Shown piece by piece: positions 1 through 11,548 of a stretch of DNA of 64,000 nucleotides; positions within the stretch are counted from its first letter, which is position 1, and the number at the start of each line of letters is the position of its first letter. Origin of the DNA: Candidatus Latescibacterota bacterium. GTDB taxonomy: Bacteria; Latescibacterota; UBA2968; UBA8231. Location of the stretch: assembly GCA_965217585.1 (NCBI GenBank), contig OZ244561.1, positions 544,001 to 608,000 of the forward strand. Direction: 5' to 3'. The position numbers and the translations under genes are program-made. The notes beneath the pieces are model-generated. The model saw only the letters and a program-made list of their open reading frames with translations. It had not been told where the DNA came from and ran no database searches.

Positions 1-564
1 GTCGTCGCGGAAGATCCACGCAATGGCATAGAAGTGCGGGTGCTGCCAAGCGAAGAGAATGAGAAAGAGGACCACGGCTCCCGGGTCAATCGAGCCGGTC
101 GCCGCCGTCCAGCCCCCTACGGGCGGTAGGGCACCCGGCACGGCCCCCAGCGAGGTGTTGAGCCAATTTTGCCGCTTCATCGGCGTGTACACCACCACGT
201 AGAGAAACGCGGAGAGCAGCGCCAAAAACGCCGTTAATAACCCAGCGGTAAAAAGCAGGAAAAACACGCCGACCAACACCAGCACAAAACCCATCGCCAG
301 AGCCGTACCCGGCTTGACGCGCCCGGCTGGCAAGGGCCGGTTGCGGGTGCGCTTCATCAAACCATCGACATCGCGCTCCAGATACTGGTTGAGCACCGAC
401 GAGCCGCACGTGGTCAGGCCCGTGCCGACGAGCAGGCAGCAAAAAAGCAGCGGCGCGTGGATGCCTTGCCCGCCCCAGAAAAACCCCAAGGCGGCCGTAA
501 CCAGCACCAAAAAGGCAATTCTCGGTTTAGTCAGTTCCCAGTAGTCGTGCCAAGTAGCAGTCAT
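1..564 (-). CDS. cyoE: Protoheme IX farnesyltransferase (heme O synthase), 3' end outside window
   Basis: Manual translation from ATG at 564: MTATWHDYWELTKPRIAFLVLVTAALGF...NQYLERDVDGLMKRTRNRPLPAGR...YTPMKR...WQHPHFYAIAWIFRDD; UbiA/CyoE motifs. Not in the ORF track because the stop lies outside the window. Confidence 0.92.
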   Translation of the reverse strand, partial: MTATWHDYWELTKPRIAFLVLVTAALGFFWGGQGIHAPLLFCCLLVGTGLTTCGSSVLNQYLERDVDGLMKRTRNRPLPAGRVKPGTALAMGFVLVLVGVFFLLFTAGLLTAFLALLSAFLYVVVYTPMKRQNWLNTSLGAVPGALPPVGGWTAATGSIDPGAVVLFLILFAWQHPHFYAIAWIFRDD

Positions 565-618
565 ATCTATCTCGTTCCGCGACAAAAATATAACGCCAGA
601 TCCATCGACTGACAATAA

Positions 619-2987
<2,369 letters not shown>

Positions 2988-2995
2988 CTCCTAGA

Positions 2996-4432
2996 TCAGG
3001 CCAACGACGCAAATTCCCATTCCTCCAATTCCACCATCTCCTCCACTGCCACCGGCACTCCCACCCCCAAACCCGCCACTTGCAGCGACCCTACCTCGAT
3101 CTTTCCTCCCTGCACATCCAAGGCTACCAACCCACCGCCCACCGCCCGATAGAGCTTCCCGTGCGTGGCTAAGCAGGCCGCTTGCTCGTCCGCGGTCAAG
3201 TGATCCAACCCCCGCACGTAGTGGTGCCCGTTGCGCTCGACGTGTCCGATCCCCAGCGCCGCCACGTGCGCCAAATCCTGGTGCAGAGGCACCACCGGCA
3301 AGTTCATCAGGTCCTCGCCCGAGAGAAAACAGCCCTCCCGCCGCCGCGCCAACGCCAGATTGGCCAGCGCCTTGACCAGCCCTTTGCACGCCTTGGACGA
3401 AACGCCCGCGTATCCCAGCGCCAAGGCTTGGCGGAAGGTGTCCAGCGCATCGTCTGACTCGTCGATGAGCAAGGGACGACGCGCCGCGGCGGCCCGGATG
3501 CCCGGTTCTAGGGCAGCATCCAAAGCCACGCTCCGCTCAAGGGGCTGCTCGACGTAGAGAATGCTCTCGTACAAACGCGGCTGCTTGGCTGCAATGCCAT
3601 CGATCAAACCAATGAGCGAATCCATTTCCCGGTATTGCTCGTTGCCATCGAGCGAGACCTTGTACTCGGCATCGCGCCCGTCTAACAACTCGGCAATCGC
3701 GGCCAACCGCGCCAAGTCGGCCTCCAAGTCGCCGTTCACCTTGACCTTGAAGTACGTCAGTCCCTGGTGCTCGACGCAATCGGCCAGCGACTGCGGCAAC
3801 CCGTCCTCCAACCGCTCCTCGGGCGCAATATCGCTTGGGACAATCGGATCGGCCAATCCCACTGTGTGCCGCACGTGCAATTGCGCCAGCGGCGCAGCCC
3901 CTAGCATTTGGCCGGGTTCCACCCCTTGCAGCTCGGGGTGAATCGCCCCCAGCTCCAAGCCGAGGAGATTGGCCTTGAGCAACTCGAAGTAACTCGCGCC
4001 CACACCGCATCCCACCGCGTCGATCAGGGCGCGTTCCATCAGCGTACTGCCGTGGACGGCCGTCAGCCGATTCAAGCCGTGCGCGTCGCCAGCGGATACC
4101 GTCTGCGCATAACCGGCCTGCCAGATTGCAAAGAATGGCTTGGGCGACCGCGCCGCATCCAAATACGCCGACCGCGCCGCACGCGCCGCCCACAGCAAGT
4201 CGGCGACATTGTCTTCGTAGCTTTTGGCTGGGTCCTTGTCGAACCACTTAGGTGGAAGAATGTCGGCTGCAACTCCTTGTACCGGAGTGCCGTTTTTTAG
4301 CACGCCCTGAGCCACTACGTGAAGAATTGGCACGGCAGTCAGCACGGCCGCCCCGTATTTGAAGGGCATGCGGGTATGCACATTCCGCATGTAGAACCGC
4401 ACGTCTTCAAGCCTTATTTCTACGGCATTCAC
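2996..4432 (-). CDS. Uncharacterised enolase-superfamily protein (paralog 1)
   Basis: YFKVK (KxK), LDGNEQ, VEQP, IDESD candidate metal ligands, SSKACKG, ERNGHHY; start overlaps the upstream stop (GTGA). Confidence 0.8.
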   Translation of the reverse strand: MNAVEIRLEDVRFYMRNVHTRMPFKYGAAVLTAVPILHVVAQGVLKNGTPVQGVAADILPPKWFDKDPAKSYEDNVADLLWAARAARSAYLDAARSPKPFFAIWQAGYAQTVSAGDAHGLNRLTAVHGSTLMERALIDAVGCGVGASYFELLKANLLGLELGAIHPELQGVEPGQMLGAAPLAQLHVRHTVGLADPIVPSDIAPEERLEDGLPQSLADCVEHQGLTYFKVKVNGDLEADLARLAAIAELLDGRDAEYKVSLDGNEQYREMDSLIGLIDGIAAKQPRLYESILYVEQPLERSVALDAALEPGIRAAAARRPLLIDESDDALDTFRQALALGYAGVSSKACKGLVKALANLALARRREGCFLSGEDLMNLPVVPLHQDLAHVAALGIGHVERNGHHYVRGLDHLTADEQAACLATHGKLYRAVGGGLVALDVQGGKIEVGSLQVAGLGVGVPVAVEEMVELEEWEFASLA

Positions 4433-5856
4433 GACAATCGCGCCTCCGCCAGCGGCTGCATAGCTGCGATATCGACCGCGCCATCAACCCCGAGACCAGG
4501 CCGTTGTAGGGAACCGACCGCGATCTGGCCGTCGCGAATATCGAGAAAGCCGCTCTGGCCCTCGGAGCGGTACAGATCGCCGTGCCGATCAAAGCACCAC
4601 GCCCGCTCAGCGGCCGACAAGTGATCTAGCCCCCGCACGTAGTGGTGCCCATTGCGCTCGACGTGCCCGATCCCCAACGCCGCCACGTGCGCCAAATCCT
4701 GGTGCAGAGATACCACCGGCACCGCGGTCAGATCCTCGGCCGCGACAAAACAGGGGCGACCCGCGGCCGTGCGCTGCCAAGCGAGCGCGCTGTTGGCCAG
4801 CGCCTTGACCAAACCTTTGCAACTCTTGGACGAGACGCCGCTGTAGCCCAAGTCCAACGCGCGGCGGAAGGAATCCAAGGATTCGTCCGACTCGTCGATC
4901 AGCAGGGGGCGTTTCGCCGCCAAAACCCCGAGGTCGCTTTTTAGGGCGGGATCGAGGGAAAGGGCGCGGTCCATGGGCTGCTCGACGTAGAGGATGCGGT
5001 GGTAAAATCCCCCCAGGCCCTTTTCAACCCGCTCCAACAAGGCCAGCAAATCGGCTGCGTTGCCGTACTGCTCGTTGCCGTCGAGCGTAATGTGGTACTC
5101 CGCGCCGCTCTCGTCCAGGAGCGAGGCGATCTCCGCTAAGCGGTCGAAGTCTGCTGCGGGATCGCCGCCGATCTTGATCTTGAAATAGCGCAGGCCCTGG
5201 CACTGAATGCATTCCTCCAAGGACTGCGGCAACCCGTCGTCCAACCGCTCCTCGGGCCCAATCGCTGCCGTGCGGATGGGATCGACCAAGCCGACCGTAT
5301 GGCGGATGTACAGCGAGCGCACCGGCGTCGTTGGTAGCACTGCCGCAAGCTCCAGCCCTTCTAATTCTGGGTGAATCCTCCCCAGCACCAACCCGAGGAC
5401 ATTGTCCTGCAACAGCGCAAAATAGGGCTGCCCCAGCGCGACCCCCAAGCCGTCTATGAGTGCCCGCTCCATCAGGGCCGCGCCGTTGGACGCCAGCAGG
5501 TCGTTCGTACCCCGCGCCCGGCCCCACGCTCGACTGGCCTCGTAGCCCGCCTCCCATATTGCGAATGCAGTCGCGCCGGCGCGACCCGACTCCCGATAAG
5601 CAGCGGCGGCCGCTCGCGCTCCATCCACCAAGTCCCGGATGCCCTCGGCCATCGACTTGCTTGGGTCTTTGTCGAACCACCTAGGCGACAGCATGTCCGC
5701 GGACCAACCCCGCGCCCGCTGGCCATTGCCCAGCTCTAGATCCATGGCCACGTGCAGCGCGGTCAGGCTATCAGCGACCACATTGCCAAACTTAAACGGC
5801 ATGCGCATCGGCATGTCGCGCACGTAAAATTCGATGTCTTTAATCGTTACTAGCAT
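4429..5856 (-). CDS. Uncharacterised enolase-superfamily protein (paralog 2)
   Basis: Same motifs (YFKIK, LDGNEQ, VEQP, IDESD, SSKSCKG, ERNGHHY); ATG at 5856 overlaps the argH stop (ATGCTAG). Confidence 0.8.
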   Translation of the reverse strand: MLVTIKDIEFYVRDMPMRMPFKFGNVVADSLTALHVAMDLELGNGQRARGWSADMLSPRWFDKDPSKSMAEGIRDLVDGARAAAAAYRESGRAGATAFAIWEAGYEASRAWGRARGTNDLLASNGAALMERALIDGLGVALGQPYFALLQDNVLGLVLGRIHPELEGLELAAVLPTTPVRSLYIRHTVGLVDPIRTAAIGPEERLDDGLPQSLEECIQCQGLRYFKIKIGGDPAADFDRLAEIASLLDESGAEYHITLDGNEQYGNAADLLALLERVEKGLGGFYHRILYVEQPMDRALSLDPALKSDLGVLAAKRPLLIDESDESLDSFRRALDLGYSGVSSKSCKGLVKALANSALAWQRTAAGRPCFVAAEDLTAVPVVSLHQDLAHVAALGIGHVERNGHHYVRGLDHLSAAERAWCFDRHGDLYRSEGQSGFLDIRDGQIAVGSLQRPGLGVDGAVDIAAMQPLAEARLS

Positions 5857-7247
5857 TCGGCTCCGTTCGCGGCCCATGCCCGCCGCGCCTTCTCCATTTG
5901 TTCGGCCACGGCCTGCGGGCCAGTTCCACCCTCTATATTGCGGCGCGCCAAGCTGTGGCGCACATCGAGCAGGCCGAGCGCGTCCTCGCCAAAATCCGCG
6001 CTGTGTGCGCGCAGATCGTCCAAGCTAAGGTCGGTGAGGGCCCGGCCTTGCTCTAGCGCGGCCCGCACCAAGCGGCCAACGACGCGATGGGCCTCGCGGA
6101 AAGGTACGCCTTGGCCGACCAAATAGTCGGCCAGATCCGTTGCCAAGGCCGTGGAATCCACCGCGGACTCCATCCGCTCGGCGCGCACCTCCATGCTCTC
6201 CCAAGCACCAGCGAAAACCTCTAGGCAAATGGCCGACGTTTCCAGCGCATCGAAGAGCGGTTCCTTGTCTTCCTGCAGATCCTTGGAGTATGTCAACGGC
6301 ACGGCCTTCATCGTCGTCAGCAACGCCATCAAGCTGCCGTACACTCGGCCGGTCTTGCCGCGCACCAACTCCAGCGCGTCCGGGTTTTTCTTTTGCGGCA
6401 TCATGCTAGAGCCGGTGGCAAAGTGATCGTCGAGCTCGACAAAGCCAAACTCCGCCGACGACCAGAGGATCAGATCCTCGCAGAAGCGGCTCAAGTGCAT
6501 CATTAGAATCGCCAGCGCGGACAGGGTCTCGAGCAGAAAATCGCGGTCGCTGACCGCGTCGAGGCTATTGGGGGTCACCTGCGAGAACCCAAGTTCCTGG
6601 GCGAGGAACGCCCGGTCGAGCGGAAACGCGCTCCCGGCCAATGCCCCGGAACCCAACGGCAGAAAGTCGGCCCGCCGCCAAGCGTCCCCCAGCCGCCCTC
6701 GATCGCGCTCCAGCATCCAGAACAGCGACAGCGCGTAGTGGGGGAAAAGAACCGGTTGTGCCTGTTGTAAGTGAGTGTAGCCGGGCAGCACCACGCGGCT
6801 GTGCCGCTCGCCCGACGCTAGCAGCACGCCTTGCAGGTGGCGAATTTGCGCCTGGAGCGACGCAATCGCACCCCGCAGGTAGAGCCGCTCATCTAAGTTG
6901 ACTTGGTCGTTGCGGCTGCGCCCAGTGTGCAGCTTGCCCCCGACCGGCCCGATCAGCTCGGTCAGCCGCTGCTCCACGGCCATATGGATGTCTTCAAGCG
7001 CGTCGGAGAGCACGCAGTCTGGGGCTGAAAATTCTTCCTGCACCTGCTTTAGCCCCGCTTCCATCTTCTCCAGCTCCCCAGCACTGAGGACGCCGGCCCG
7101 CTTAAGGGCGCGGGCGTAGGCCACGCTGCCCGCAATATCGGCCTCCAACAGCTTGCGGTCGAAGCCAATAGAGGCGTTGAAGCGCTCCATCAGCTCGGCC
7201 GGCGCGGACTGGAACCGCCCGCCCCAAGGCGTTTGTACCTCGGCCAT
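5850..7247 (-). CDS. argH: Argininosuccinate lyase
   Basis: WGGRF, HTGRSRNDQV, GYTHLQ, GSSMMPQKKNPD signature. Confidence 0.98.
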   Translation of the reverse strand: MAEVQTPWGGRFQSAPAELMERFNASIGFDRKLLEADIAGSVAYARALKRAGVLSAGELEKMEAGLKQVQEEFSAPDCVLSDALEDIHMAVEQRLTELIGPVGGKLHTGRSRNDQVNLDERLYLRGAIASLQAQIRHLQGVLLASGERHSRVVLPGYTHLQQAQPVLFPHYALSLFWMLERDRGRLGDAWRRADFLPLGSGALAGSAFPLDRAFLAQELGFSQVTPNSLDAVSDRDFLLETLSALAILMMHLSRFCEDLILWSSAEFGFVELDDHFATGSSMMPQKKNPDALELVRGKTGRVYGSLMALLTTMKAVPLTYSKDLQEDKEPLFDALETSAICLEVFAGAWESMEVRAERMESAVDSTALATDLADYLVGQGVPFREAHRVVGRLVRAALEQGRALTDLSLDDLRAHSADFGEDALGLLDVRHSLARRNIEGGTGPQAVAEQMEKARRAWAANGAEC

Positions 7248-8443
7248 CAGACACCTTGGCGCAAGATCTCGTCGAATACATCTACTGCCTCGTCGAGCCG
7301 ATCCCGCTCGACGACCAGCGGCGGCAGGAAGCGCACCACATCGGCCCCAGCCGTGGCCACCAAGATGTCGCGTTGGCGGAAGGCGGCCAGATAGTCGGCG
7401 GCCGGCTGGTGGGTGACCGCGCCGGCGATCAGCCCTTTGCCGCGGATTTCGGCGATGTGCTCAGGCCAGCGCTGTTGCAGCTTTTGCAGACGACCGATCA
7501 GGTATTCGCCTTTTTCGCGCACCCCGTCGATAAAACCCGGCTCCAGCAGCTTGCCCAAGACCGCAGTCGCCGCGGCGCAGGCCACGGGATTGGCGCCGAA
7601 CGTCGCGGCGTGGTCGCCGGCCTCGATGGCGTCGGCCACCTTCTGCCGCAAGAGCGCGACGCCGATCGGCAAGCCACCGCCGAGCGCCTTGGCCAAGGTC
7701 ATAATATCCGGCTCAACCTCGTATTGTTGATAGGCCCACAGCGAGCCTAAGCGCCCGCACCCCACTTGGATCTCGTCGAAGACCAGCAGCATATCCCGCT
7801 CGTCGCACAAGTGCCTCAGCCCGGTGAGAAATTCCCCAGTCGCGGCGTGAATCCCACCCTCGGCCTGCACCGGCTCGACCAAAATCGCGCAGGTCTGATC
7901 CGTGACCAGCGACTCTACGGAGGCCAAATCGTTGAATTGGGCGAAGTCGATGCCCGGCAGCAGCGGCTCGAATCCCTTGTGGTACTTGGGCTGGCCGGTC
8001 GTCGAGATGGATCCATACGTCCGCCCGTGAAAGGAATTTTCAAAGGCGATGAGGCGGTTTTTGGGCGGGTCGTGGGTAGTGTTGCCCCACTTGCGGCAGA
8101 ACTTGAGCGAAGCCTCCCATGCCTCGGTGCCGCTGTTGCAGAAGAACACCCGGTCGGCAAACGAGTGCTCGACCAGCCGCTTCGCCACCTCGACCGAGGG
8201 GATCGTGTGGTAGAGGTTGGACACGTGCATCAGCTTGGCGGCCTGCGCCTCAATGGCCTTGAGCACTCCGTAGTCGCCGTAGCCCAACGCGTTGACTGCC
8301 AAGCCGCTGACAAAATCGAGGTAGCGGTTGCCGTCCATGTCGAAGAGATAGACCCCATTGCCCCTTTCTAGTACGAACTCGGGCCGGCCGTAGGTCTGCA
8401 AAATGTACTGTGCCTCGCCCTTGATAATATCTTCGGTTTTCAT
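7247..8443 (-). CDS. argD: Acetylornithine aminotransferase
   Basis: Class III PLP aminotransferase: NSGTEA, FHGRT, EPVQAEGG, DEIQ, AKALGGG; arg operon context; ATG 8443 (MKTEDII). Confidence 0.93.
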   Translation of the reverse strand: MKTEDIIKGEAQYILQTYGRPEFVLERGNGVYLFDMDGNRYLDFVSGLAVNALGYGDYGVLKAIEAQAAKLMHVSNLYHTIPSVEVAKRLVEHSFADRVFFCNSGTEAWEASLKFCRKWGNTTHDPPKNRLIAFENSFHGRTYGSISTTGQPKYHKGFEPLLPGIDFAQFNDLASVESLVTDQTCAILVEPVQAEGGIHAATGEFLTGLRHLCDERDMLLVFDEIQVGCGRLGSLWAYQQYEVEPDIMTLAKALGGGLPIGVALLRQKVADAIEAGDHAATFGANPVACAAATAVLGKLLEPGFIDGVREKGEYLIGRLQKLQQRWPEHIAEIRGKGLIAGAVTHQPAADYLAAFRQRDILVATAGADVVRFLPPLVVERDRLDEAVDVFDEILRQGV

Positions 8444-8459
8444 GGTTGTCTCCGTCGTC

Positions 8460-9347
8460 CTACTGGACAATTTGGGTGCCAATGCCCTGCCGGGTGTAAA
8501 ACTCGAGTAACATCGCATGCGGCACGCGCCCGTCGATGACGTGGGTTTTGCGCACGCCGGCTTTGACGGACCTGACACAGGCTTCGACTTTGGGAATCAT
8601 CCCACCGAAGATCACGCCTTGGTCAATCAGCTCGCCCACCTCAGAAACGCGCACGGTTGACAGCAGGGACGCATCGTCTTCGAGATCGCGCATAATGCCC
8701 TGTACGTCCGTCAAAAAAACCAATTTCTCGGCGTGCAGAGCCGCGGCGATTTCCCCGGCCGCTGTATCGGCATTGACGTTGAAGCTCTCGCCCTCCGGGC
8801 CGCGGCCAATCGGCGCAAGCACCGGGATCATGCCCTTGTCTATCAAGTCCAACAAAGGCGCGGTATCCACGTGCTTGACATTGCCGACATAGCCGATGTC
8901 CATGGCACCGCCATCGGTCTGGGCCCAGTGCTTGCGCACCTGCATGATCCCGGCGTCTTTGGCCGAGACGCCCACGGCCCGCCCGTCAAGCTCGCCGATC
9001 TCGCGGACGATCCGAGCGTTGACCTCGCCAAAGAGTACATCCTCAACCACCTTCATAGTCGTCGCGTCCGTCACCCGCAGCCCAGCTACGCGCTGGCTCT
9101 CAATGCCTAGCTCCTGCAGGCGTCGGGTGATGGCCGGGCCGCCACCGTGGACCACGACCGGACAGATGCCGACCGTCTGCATGAAGACGATATCCTTGTG
9201 TACGGTGTCCCCACCGCCCATGGTGCTGCCGCCATATTTGACGACCATTACTTTGCCGCGGAATTCCTGTAGGTAAGGCAACGCCTCGATCAGGGTCTCG
9301 GCTTTGTCAATCTGGGCCTGCAAGCCCTGCAAGACCTCGGCGTCCAT
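8460..9347 (-). CDS. argB: Acetylglutamate kinase
   Basis: VVKYGGS, VHGGGP, GLRVTD, NVNADTAA, GGMIPKV. Confidence 0.96.
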   Translation of the reverse strand: MDAEVLQGLQAQIDKAETLIEALPYLQEFRGKVMVVKYGGSTMGGGDTVHKDIVFMQTVGICPVVVHGGGPAITRRLQELGIESQRVAGLRVTDATTMKVVEDVLFGEVNARIVREIGELDGRAVGVSAKDAGIMQVRKHWAQTDGGAMDIGYVGNVKHVDTAPLLDLIDKGMIPVLAPIGRGPEGESFNVNADTAAGEIAAALHAEKLVFLTDVQGIMRDLEDDASLLSTVRVSEVGELIDQGVIFGGMIPKVEACVRSVKAGVRKTHVIDGRVPHAMLLEFYTRQGIGTQIVQ

Positions 9348-9814
9348 TACTCCTCCTCGCCGCACACCGTGTTGATCTTATCGACTAACTTCGCTGCATC
9401 TTGCTCGGAACGGGTGACGATAAAGATGGTGTTTTCGCCGGCAAGCGTGCCCGCGATCTCGGCCCAACCAATGCGATCAATGGCCTCACAGACGCTTTGG
9501 GCGTGCCCCGACGAGGTCCGCACCAGCACCATGTTGATTACCTGTTCGGTCTGGACCAAGAAGTCCTGTAACTCTCTCTCCAGAATGTGCAGGTCGCGCA
9601 GCGTGGCCCCAGCTTCGGGCAGCGTATAGCGAAATCCCCCATCGGCCTGCGGCACCCGGACCACGCCTATTTCGCGCAAGTCTTTCGACAAGGTCGACTG
9701 GCTGACCTCGATGCCCTGTTGCTGGAGAACCTCGGCCAATTTCTCGTGCGTATCAATGGCCCTTCTGTAGAGCAGCTCCCGTATGCGGGTCTGCCGCATC
9801 TGTTTGTTGCGCAT
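9347..9814 (-). CDS. argR: Arginine repressor
   Basis: VSQSTLSKDLREIG winged HTH; C-terminal GTLAGENTIF core. Confidence 0.93.
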   Translation of the reverse strand: MRNKQMRQTRIRELLYRRAIDTHEKLAEVLQQQGIEVSQSTLSKDLREIGVVRVPQADGGFRYTLPEAGATLRDLHILERELQDFLVQTEQVINMVLVRTSSGHAQSVCEAIDRIGWAEIAGTLAGENTIFIVTRSEQDAAKLVDKINTVCGEEE

Positions 9815-9874
9815 AATCTTTATGATTTAATTGAAATAAAAATTGAAGTTAGATTGCCGCAGAGACTGTGTCAA
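9812..9874 (-). promoter_or_regulatory. sigma70 promoter and AT-rich candidate ArgR operator upstream of argR
   Basis: TTGACA (9874-9869), 17 bp, TAACTT (9851-9846); palindrome CATAA-TCT-TTATG (9812-9824) and ARG-box-like TGAAATAAAAATTGA (9832-9846). Confidence 0.55.
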
Positions 9875-9890
9875 GCAAGGCGTAATCGCG

Positions 9891-10706
9891 CTACACTTCT
9901 TCGGCAACTGCGTCGATAGACACTTTGGTTCGGCCCGAGGCCATCTGCTCCTGCAGGCGCAGTTTGAGTTGCCGACGGTCCAACCCCCGCCAAAAGACCC
10001 CACCAATGGCCAGCGAAATGGTGCTGTTCTCCTCGGAGACGACGATGACTACCGCGTCCGATTCCTGCGATAGACCCAATGCCGCCCGATGGCGGGTTCC
10101 CAGTCGCTGGTCCTCGATCTCTTCCGCCAGAGGCAAGGTACAGCGGGCCGCCACCAAGCGCTCGCCTTGGATAACGACGGCTCGGTCGTGCAGCGGGGTG
10201 CGTGGGCTGAAGATCGTGGCCAGCAAATCGCCCGACACCTCCGAGTTCAGGGGTACCCCAGTCTCAATGACCGGCCTGATCTGGACTTGGCGCACCAGCA
10301 CGACCAGCGCCCCGTACCCCAAGTCAGCCAAGCGCCCGACTCCGCTGACGATCTCGTCGATGACCCGTGCCGGCTCGGCCTTGTAAAACCAGCGGAACGC
10401 CGGAGTCTGCCCCAAGACTTGGAGGAGCCGCCGTAGCTCGGGCTGGAAGAGGATGACCAGCAGGATCAGCAAGATGGAGCGCGCCTGCTCCAACAGCCAA
10501 GACAGGGCGTTCATCTTGAGCCAAGGCGCGGCCAAGGCTACGATCACCATTAGCAGTAGCCCGGCAACCATGTGCGCGGCTCGGGTTTCCTTGATCAGGG
10601 AGAGCAAGCGAAAAAAGATAAAGGCCACCAGCAGAATATCCACCAAGGAGGTCAGCGAGACGGGCAGAAAGCCAAAGAGGTGGAACAGGACCGGGTCTTT
10701 TAGCAC
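9891..10706 (-). CDS. cdaA: Diadenylate cyclase CdaA/DacA
   Basis: 3 N-terminal TMs, LFQPELRR, PLHDRAV (DGA variant), GTRHRAALGLS; GTG 10706 overlaps the folP stop. Confidence 0.92.
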   Translation of the reverse strand: MLKDPVLFHLFGFLPVSLTSLVDILLVAFIFFRLLSLIKETRAAHMVAGLLLMVIVALAAPWLKMNALSWLLEQARSILLILLVILFQPELRRLLQVLGQTPAFRWFYKAEPARVIDEIVSGVGRLADLGYGALVVLVRQVQIRPVIETGVPLNSEVSGDLLATIFSPRTPLHDRAVVIQGERLVAARCTLPLAEEIEDQRLGTRHRAALGLSQESDAVVIVVSEENSTISLAIGGVFWRGLDRRQLKLRLQEQMASGRTKVSIDAVAEEV

Positions 10707-11548
10707 GATACTTGGCCCCGCACGGCCTCGACTAAGCGGACGGCCCGCAGCGTCGCGGCCACATCGTGGACCCGCAGTACGTGGACTCCCGCCTCGGCCG
10801 CGAGCGCCGCCGCCGCCAAGCTGCCCTCCAAGCTCTCGGCAGCCGAGAGCCCGAGCGTCTTCCATATGAAAGACTTGCGCGAAGCACCCACTACCAGCGG
10901 GCACTCCAAGTCCAAGAAGCGCTCTAACATCCCCAATAAGGCGAGGTTGCCCTCCGGCGACTTGCCGAACCCCAAACCCGGATCCACAGCCACGTCCTCG
11001 ACGCCTTGAGCTTGGGCGACGCGTACGCGCTCTTGTAGAAAGGCGTACACCGTCCCGGGCAAGTCCTCGTAGTAAGTATTCTGCTGCATGGTAGCCGCCG
11101 TACCCCGGCGGTGCATCAGTACCACGGGGGCTTTGGCCTGTGCGGCGACCTCGGCCATGGCCGGATCGTACCTCAGGGCACTAATGTCGTTGATAATATC
11201 GGCACCGACCCCAAGAGCCCGGCGCGCCACCGCGGCCTTGACCGTGTCAACCGAAATGGGCACATCGCTTTGGCGGCGGAGGCCCTCGACGACCGGGAGA
11301 ACCCGGCCGCATTCCTCGGCGACCGAGACCTCCTCGGCGACCCCGTACATCGGCGGACGCGACGATTCACCGCCTATATCGACAATCGCCGCTCCTTCCT
11401 CCACCATCTCCAAGCCGCGTTCCACCGCAGCCCTCGGCTCGCAGTAGCGGCCCCCGTCGTAAAACGAATCGGGCGTCACATTGAGGACGCCCATGATCTG
11501 TACTTGATCGCCAAAGTGGAGAGCGCGACCCCCCAACTCCCAGATCAC
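10700..11548 (-). CDS. folP: Dihydropteroate synthase
   Basis: MGVLNVTPDSFYDGG, DIGGESSRP, DPGLGFGK, SRKSF, RVHDV. Confidence 0.97.
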   Translation of the reverse strand: MIWELGGRALHFGDQVQIMGVLNVTPDSFYDGGRYCEPRAAVERGLEMVEEGAAIVDIGGESSRPPMYGVAEEVSVAEECGRVLPVVEGLRRQSDVPISVDTVKAAVARRALGVGADIINDISALRYDPAMAEVAAQAKAPVVLMHRRGTAATMQQNTYYEDLPGTVYAFLQERVRVAQAQGVEDVAVDPGLGFGKSPEGNLALLGMLERFLDLECPLVVGASRKSFIWKTLGLSAAESLEGSLAAAALAAEAGVHVLRVHDVAATLRAVRLVEAVRGQVSC

